A stretch of DNA of 64,000 bases from Chrysomallon squamiferum (taxonomy: Eukaryota > Animalia > Mollusca). Positions within the stretch are counted from its first letter, which is position 1; the number at the start of each line of letters is the position of its first letter. The notes under the pieces were generated by a model. The model saw nothing but the letters and a program-made list of their open reading frames with translations. It made no database searches and was not told the origin of the DNA. The position numbers and the translations under genes are program-made. The DNA is taken from positions 10,974,001-11,038,000 of the forward strand of contig CM022667.1 in assembly GCA_012295275.1 (NCBI GenBank), in the 5' to 3' direction. Shown one piece after another: positions 56,339 through 64,000 of this stretch.

Positions 56339-57996
56339 TATAGAATCTGAAATGAATTAATGAAGTTATTATTTTCTGTAAGATAAAAGAAAAAAGAAAA
56401 AACAACAACATGTGGTTAGAATAAAATAAAAAAGAAAATCCAGTTGTTGTTTTGTTTCTGTTTTTTTTTCATTGAACTGTATTCTCATAACTTCTTCGCC
56501 AATAATAATAATAATAATAATTATTATTATTATTATTATTTGTTATTGTTTTGTTGTTGTTGTTTTTTGTTGTTGTTGCTGTTGTTGTTGTTTTTGTTGT
56601 TGTTGCTCTTGTTGATGTTGTTGTTATTGTCAGTTTCATTGTTACATTCCTATTCATTCCTGTTCATTACCTACATACTAATTATTATCTACATTTCATA
56701 CAAACCAATCGAAAAATGTCGGTATCTACATTATATTTAATCACACTCCAAAAATACCACACATAATAATAATAATACAATAGCTATGTTTTATCGTCTG
56801 CTTCTCTATTTATTCGGCGAAACTAACTCCTCCGACGGGCGAATATTATCCACCAATGAACAGGGCCGACACAAACACGAAGTCGGCTGCCGTATTCGGA
56901 ATCTCACGTTCCGTAATTGCGTCGGCCTATCTTCGGGAATCTCCGTTCTACGCTCGTTCTTCTATAATTTTATTCTATTCCGACGTAATTTGCTATTACT
57001 ACTACTACTACTGCTGCTGCTGCTACTGCTGCTGCTGCTGCTGCTGCTGCTACTACTACTACTACTACTACTAATAATAATAAGAAGAAGAAGAAGAAGA
57101 AGAAGAAGAAAATTCCTAAACGATATACGCTCGAAACAACTTTGATACGTCAAACGGCGAGTTAGAACGGGATTTAAAGCTAGAGTCCAGCGAGCCGGAA
57201 CTGGGCTATGGCCGACTGCGCTTGTGGTATGTGGTCTACCGCAGATGGTATCGTAACACTATATTAGTTAAGAAGGAAATATTTGAGTTATTTAGCGGGT
57301 TACTTGCTGGAGCAGCAAACTGTGTTATCCCGTGAGATACGACTCTTCAAGGTCGAAAATTGTTTTTGACCGATTTTTTAATTTTAAATGACACTGTCGC
57401 TTCTTTTTGTTTGTGTGCTTATTTTGATCGTTAGTTAGTCTATTTCTTTCTCTGTCTGTGTTTTTTTTTTTTTTTTTTTTTTTTGAAATGTTCTGTGCTT
57501 GTTATTTGTTTCTTTCTTTAGTTTATTGCTTTTTTTTTTTTTTTTTTTCATTATTTGTTTACTTGATATGTTTTCTAAACTTAAAAGTCATAGTATAGCT
57601 TTAATACAAAGCGATTCACGTTTATTTTTATTATTATTTTTTTTTATTTATTTTGGAAATGTTAGAAAATATATTTACATTTCTTGTTTATGTTATCAAA
57701 GTAAGAACATTCAATAAACAGTAAAATAAAAACTAGCAAACAAAATAAATTTGCACTTTTAATCGTTCGAAACACCAGAGATGCTTTTCAACAAAGCAAA
57801 TAATCAGGTGCACATATGTATACATATATGCATGGATGTATGTTTGTATATATGTACGTAGGTATCTATGTAGGTATCTATCTATGTATGTATTATGTAT
57901 GTATGTATGTATGTATGTATGTATATAGGTAGGTAGATATGTTTGTAAGTGTGCATGTATTTGCACAAAGGGATGTGTGTGTATACTAGTATATAT

Positions 57997-58035
<39 letters not shown>

Positions 58036-58049
58036 CATACATACATACA

Positions 58050-58107
<58 letters not shown>

Positions 58108-58489
58108 TATCTGTGTCTACGCAAACCTACACAAAAACGCACACAGAGACACAGACAGACATATATATATATTTGCACACACACACACACACACACAAAC
58201 ACACATATGTATCTCTGTCTGGCAAGCTATCTCTCTGGTTAGCAATCTGTTTATCTGTCTGCCTATGTATCTAAATGTACTATAAATTAAAATATAAAGA
58301 CGCGGTCACACAGTCTGATGCAATAGAACGATATCTTTATATCGATACGAAAAAGTATATGGAAGACGTGACAGTTAACATTTTGCTTGTATTAAGAATT
58401 TACGTTTGTGTTTGATACGTCCAATGATTATATTCAGGGGCGGATCTTTTAATTAAGAAAAGGTTCTGTAATAATATATATAGGATAGA

Positions 58490-58548
58490 AATAGTAGCAG
58501 TAGTACTAATAGTATTAATAGAATTTGTGGAAGAAGTAGTAATAGTAA

Positions 58549-58591
<43 letters not shown>

Positions 58592-59193
58592 TGTAGTAGT
58601 AGTAATAGTAGTAGTAGTAGTAGTAGTAGTTGTAGTAGTAGTAGTAGCAGTTGCAGTAGTATTATTACTGGTTAGTAATAGCAGCAACAGTTGTAGTAGT
58701 AGTAGTGGTGGTAGTTTTAGTAGTAGCAACAGTGTTAGTAATTGTAGTAATGGTAGTGGTAGCAGTGGTATCACTAATAATAATAACAACAGTAGCAGTA
58801 GTGGCAGTGTTAGTAGTAATAGTAGTAATTATAGGGTGGTAGTAGTAGTAGTAGCAATAGTAGTAGCAGTGGTAATAATAATAGTAATATTAGTAGTAGT
58901 AATAATAGTAGCAGCAGTGGTTGTAGATGTAGCAGTAACAGCAGTAGCAGCAGCAGTAATAGTAGTAGTAGTAGTAGTAATAGTAGTAGTAACAGCAGTA
59001 GTAGTAGTAGTAGTAGTAGTAACAACAGTAGTAGTAGTAGTAGTAGTAGCAGTAATATTAATAGCAGTAGTAGTAGTAGTAGTAGTAACAGCAGTAATAG
59101 TAGTAGTAGTAGCAGTAATATTAATAGCAGTAGTAGTAGTAGTAGTAGTAGTAGTAACAGCAGCAGTAGTAGTAATAGTAGCAGCAGCAGCAT
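58490..59193. repeat. long degenerate (TAG/CAG/TAA)n trinucleotide tract
   Basis: About 700 bp of agt/agc/aat triplets, the source of the spurious poly-V/L/T ORFs. Similar tracts lie at 630-1160, 19670-20150, 38600-39100 and 49450-49860. Confidence 0.95.
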
Positions 59194-59498
59194 AGTTGTA
59201 TTATTTAGGTATGGGAATTCCCAGTTTCATTATACTGTACAAGCGACAAATCGCTAAGCTATATTTGTCTTATCAGACTGAACAATTTGATGTTAGCGTT
59301 ATCGTTGATTATTCAGTTTTTATGTGACCTTTTTATATTTGGTCTAGAAACAGAAACATAAATAGTAACAAAGTATTGCGTAAACACGCTATGAATGCGT
59401 AAACAATAACTTCTAGTAATCAGTTATTCGCTGAAAAAAGTGTGATGGAAAAATATGTTTATAAGGAAAAAAAAAAAAAATTACATGATTATACATAC

Positions 59499-59645
59499 CT
59501 TCAGTTGCTTCTTCGTCAGTTCCTATTCTTTCGCTCTTAAGCAGTCATTTTTTTTTAAAAAGAAATCCTCAATACACGTATGAAAATAATCTTAATGTCG
59601 TAACCAGTAATAATAATTACACATATTAATACGTTCTATAAACAG
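59499..59645 (-). promoter_or_regulatory. candidate promoter/5'UTR exon of the cystine-knot gene
   Basis: Strong - strand donor GAAG|gtatgt at 59499/59498, TATA-like TTTATAGA near 59640. A second strong donor (ACG|gtaagt) lies at 61827. Confidence 0.35.
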
Positions 59646-62419
59646 CAGATGAAAACAGCTCTCGGATATTTCTCCTCGTTTTCGCCTTCTTTTTTTTTTT
59701 TTTTTTCTCTTTGCTTTTTTTCGTATCACTCAGCGGAAACTTAATCGTGAAAACAATTCAGTTATTTTATGAAAATATTTGAGCGTATCGGTTATTAAAA
59801 GCGTCGAAAGAATGACAAGAAATAGCCGGTCCTTCCCTTTATCTTTGCCACTGACCAATGGGAAATTATTTGTCCAAGTTTTTCATCGCAATAGATAAAA
59901 GACACTGATAAGTTTTACTATTTGCTTTGACGCTGAATCAGTGCAAAGAGGTGAAAGAAGAGATAGATACAGGTACTGTTATTCGTTGACGGGTCCGAGC
60001 GAACGTTTGTATGGAAGGCGGTTCGGGACATAATTTGTTATTTTCCGATATCCAGATCTCTGATTCAGCAGTTCATCTTCTAGAATGTAGTTATTAAATA
60101 TGTGTTTGTTTCTTTGCAAAAAATACAAATAATAATCTGGATATCAACACTCTTCATTCTGAATTAGTAATATTAGTAGTATGTGTGTCTAAATAATTTT
60201 ATAGTTATAATAAAAATCGTAATAGAAATAAAAATGTTTTAAAAGCTTTTTTTCTCAAATATAGCACTTGTGTTAATGATCTTCACTCAATTTTGTTAAT
60301 TTTAATTAGATTTATCTGTTCTAATTGGCCTCAGAATTTCTTTAAAATCCATTAAAATAGAATTATATATATATTTTTTTACACGCAAGAATGTAATAGC
60401 AATATCCATTACACATGTACAAATTATACGAGTGCATAGTTATTTAAATGTAGCTTAACACTTAATTATGGCCCGAACGGCCAACCATACCTTGGCATAA
60501 TGTTATAGCAGTGTTTGTTTTGTCGTTTAACTAGAAATCTACATACTGATTGATAATGTTTGTAACGACACTGATTAACATGTAAATGTGATATTACTGT
60601 AGTGAAAATGTGAATAGACTCAACTTACTGTACTTAGAGGGCGCTCGTTGATAAACAAGATTCAGTTGTAACTATTAAAATTAGTCAGTTAGCACAGGAT
60701 GCCGGTATAGAAAAAGTCCGGAATAATCAGGTTTTTAATTCAGAGTTATGATTCCTGCAATTTTATAATTTGAGATAATAATTTTTATTTTTATTTATTC
60801 ATTTTATTTTATTTTATTTTATTTCATTATTTTATTTTATTTTATTTTATTTTATTTTATTTATTTATTTATTTTATTTTATTTTATTTTATTTTATTTT
60901 CATTTATTTTTATTTTTTTTTTTTTTTAATTTTTTCAAATCTGGATTTAGTTAATTTTTTTTCGTTTTTTTTTAAAATGCATTTAGATAAATTTTGAATT
61001 CGTTTGTTTTGTTTTTAACAAAAATATTCCAAATATTATATATATAAAAATAAAAAAAAAAAAACAAACTGAGGCAAAATAAAATTTAAAATGAATTTTG
61101 TTGAGGGAACTTTTATTTTGTTTTTTTTATTGTGGACAATAAATAAACAAACTGAGGCAAAATATTGGGATTTTTTCATTTTGTTGAGGGAACTCTTTTC
61201 TTCGTTTATATGGATCACAAGGATTCCCCATAGTTTATCAAAATTCTTTGTTGTGTTTAGGAAGCTGTATTCAAATCAATAGGATGCCATATATATTTAT
61301 ATATAAAATATTTGTATATATATATATATATATAGTTGACTCTATATATATATATGTATGTATGTATGTATATATGTATGTATGTATGCATGCATGCATA
61401 TATGAATAATCACCTTCTTTCTAAGACATACTTTATTATTTTCAAAGTTGCAATTTATAAACAACATATACATACATTAAATGTTTAAAATCTTTAAAAT
61501 ATTTATTTAGCAGTATAGGTACATTTTAAAAGATTGCTTCTAAAAAAAATAAAAAAAAAAAAAAATATATATAATAAAAAAATGAATTTAGTTGATCAAA
61601 TATTACTGTACTTATTACGGCAAACTTCTAAATTATGACCCGAACGGCCAACCATACATTCGCCTCATTTCTTTTTTTTTTTTTTTTTTTTTTCTCTTGC
61701 GGTTTTGTTTCGTCGTCACAGTTAAAGACCATTGGAAATTTTAACCTACAATGATTGACACGTAAACTTGCTATGGAAACCCTTCCTTGTATTACAACAC
61801 TGGAAATACGAATACAGTGAACTTACCGTACTTTGATACATCTAGGTTTTCTTCAATGAATAACGTCTGAGAATTTTTTTTTTTTTTTTCTTTGTTTTGT
61901 ATTTGTTTTTGTGTTTTCTTTCTTTTTTTTTTGCTGTTATGTATTTTTATTTTTATTTATTTATTTTTTTTGGTTATCTTTTTTTGTATCTTTTTTTTGG
62001 TTTTCTTTGGTTGAGTTCTGTTTACATTTCAACATTCGTAAGGATACTGTGTTAACTTGCGGTGCGTATTATAAACATATTTTTTTAAAATGGTGTTTCA
62101 CTCGTAATAAAAATAGATGACAATATGTAATTTTGTAATGTTGTAGGTTTTAGGTGAAAAAAAAAAAAAAGAAGAAAAAAGAAGGTTTTGTACTTGACTG
62201 TTCATTGAAAAGATTCTTCAATTTTAAATACATGGAAACATTTTTTAAAAATAGTTGTCTGACAGACATTTAAAAGACAAATCGTAAATATTTTTCAATG
62301 AAATAGATTTGTTCAGTTTTCTTTCTTTCTTTTCTTTCTTTCTCCCTTCTTTCTTTACTTATATAACTACTACTACTACTACTACTACTAATAATAATAA
62401 TAGCAATAATTCAATTATT

Positions 62420-62493
<74 letters not shown>

Positions 62494-63606
62494 TTAAGAA
62501 AACAATAAAAAAAAAAAATTTGGATTTTTGTTAAGCACTGACTAACTAATTCAATCAAACACTTGATTCGTCATTCTTGTCTTGGCAGCTGATGTCAAAG
62601 GTTATCAGATATTCTCAGTATAGAATCACTTCACCCTGTTTTCCTCTGTTGACCAATTTGTTTGAGTGGATTTTGTCTAAATTTAGATATCGTCTTATCG
62701 AGGGGATGGAAAAATTATGAAAACAATGTACTTGAAAACGTGTTAATCTGAAATCCTGAGTTGTGAAGCTTCTCACGCACGCACATACTCACACACGCAC
62801 ACTCACACAGACACACACACTCACATTTCAAATATAACATTCATGTCTTCATTTTGTTGAATATGTAAATATATTATAGATTTTTGATATATAAAACCCA
62901 AGTTTCAAATTCCCAATTGAAAGTCGATGTGTATATATTTTATGGAGGTATTATAGAATAAAATATCTATTTCCAGGACAGTAAGTTTGAAACAATAAAA
63001 TTTTGTGCCTCTAGAATTTTTAGATGTTTTAAATATAACACTATCAATTTTTTACACGTTAATTTTGATATGAGAATGATCCGATACTTCGAAGAATCGA
63101 TTCTTTCTTTTATCGCGATATTTTATCGATATATCGACAGGCACTAAAATGTCTGTATTCCTGTATGTTATAGTCATTCTACATTTCTGAACAGGTAACG
63201 ACATCACCGTTAACGACAACATGTTAGCCTCAGTATATCTTCACAAGTCTAATGTAATAATAAATGCCATGCTTTATCATTGGCAAAGATTGGTCGCTAT
63301 TTCTAATAAAGCAACAACTTAACAACACATTCATAACCTTTTTACAGGGAGGGTATAATATCTTTTACCCCGATATGACTGCACAGTTATTGTTATGTAA
63401 TATACATCGCTTGTTTATTCGTTTAAGAGATAGAAAACTGCACACAAGCAAACTTATGAATTCACTACAAGTCTCTTTGCGAAACGTTAAGATAAGTAGA
63501 AGAAAATAAACAAAATATTTTTTAAAAAGTAATAATAACAGTTATAATAATAATTAAAAAAAAAAATTAAAAAAGTTTAATAAAATAAAATAAAAAAATA
63601 AAAAAA

Positions 63607-63644
<38 letters not shown>

Positions 63645-64000
63645 CAACAATAACAATCTCAACAACATATACAACAGCAACAATACAACAATAACTGCAA
63701 TAATAACAACAGCAACAACAGCAGCAGCAGCACAAACTATAACTAAAACATTAAAACAGAGTAGACACAATCGCGTGTGGCTGTGACAGAAGCAGTGTAC
63801 AGTGACAAACAGACACGCGGAAACCACAGTTTACTGACCCACTTGTTTTTGCTGCATTAACTTTAAATGCTCTTCTCAAATTACTGTCTACAGTGAAGTT
63901 TATTGGTGAATCGAAAAAAAGATGAAGAAGTAGAAAAAAGAAGGTGATGAAGAAGAAAGAAAAAAAGAAGAAGAATAAAAGAAGAAAATAAAAATAAGAA

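Overview
AT-rich, microsatellite-dense animal genomic DNA, probably molluscan or lophotrochozoan (inferred from gene content). Nearly all ORFs in the supplied track are microsatellite artefacts. I assembled four genes by hand from GT-AG junctions with consistent phases. (1) A + strand SLC6/NSS transporter (3506/7789-20254) has two duplicated alternative first exons spliced to 12 shared exons (608 or 631 aa). The two first exons differ by F versus Y at a substrate-site position, and the shared protein has lost several canonical carboxylate/Na1-binding residues. (2) A small - strand gene (24844-23764) encodes a 121-aa protein with one C-terminal TM helix. (3) A 9-exon + strand gene (41583-51966) encodes a 276-aa secreted CAP-EGF-ShKT (CRISP-like) protein with degenerate CAP motifs; its intron 2 opens with about 18 tandem copies of its own exon/splice-donor junction. 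(4) A - strand gene with one coding exon (56338-55922) encodes a very basic bursicon-alpha-like cystine-knot protein with 10 rather than 11 Cys. The window also holds a decayed Tc1 transposase, a TA-flanked MITE, a 696-bp TIR element with an exact 8-bp TSD and a MULE-like fragment, and several degenerate minisatellites built on short, often palindromic cores.
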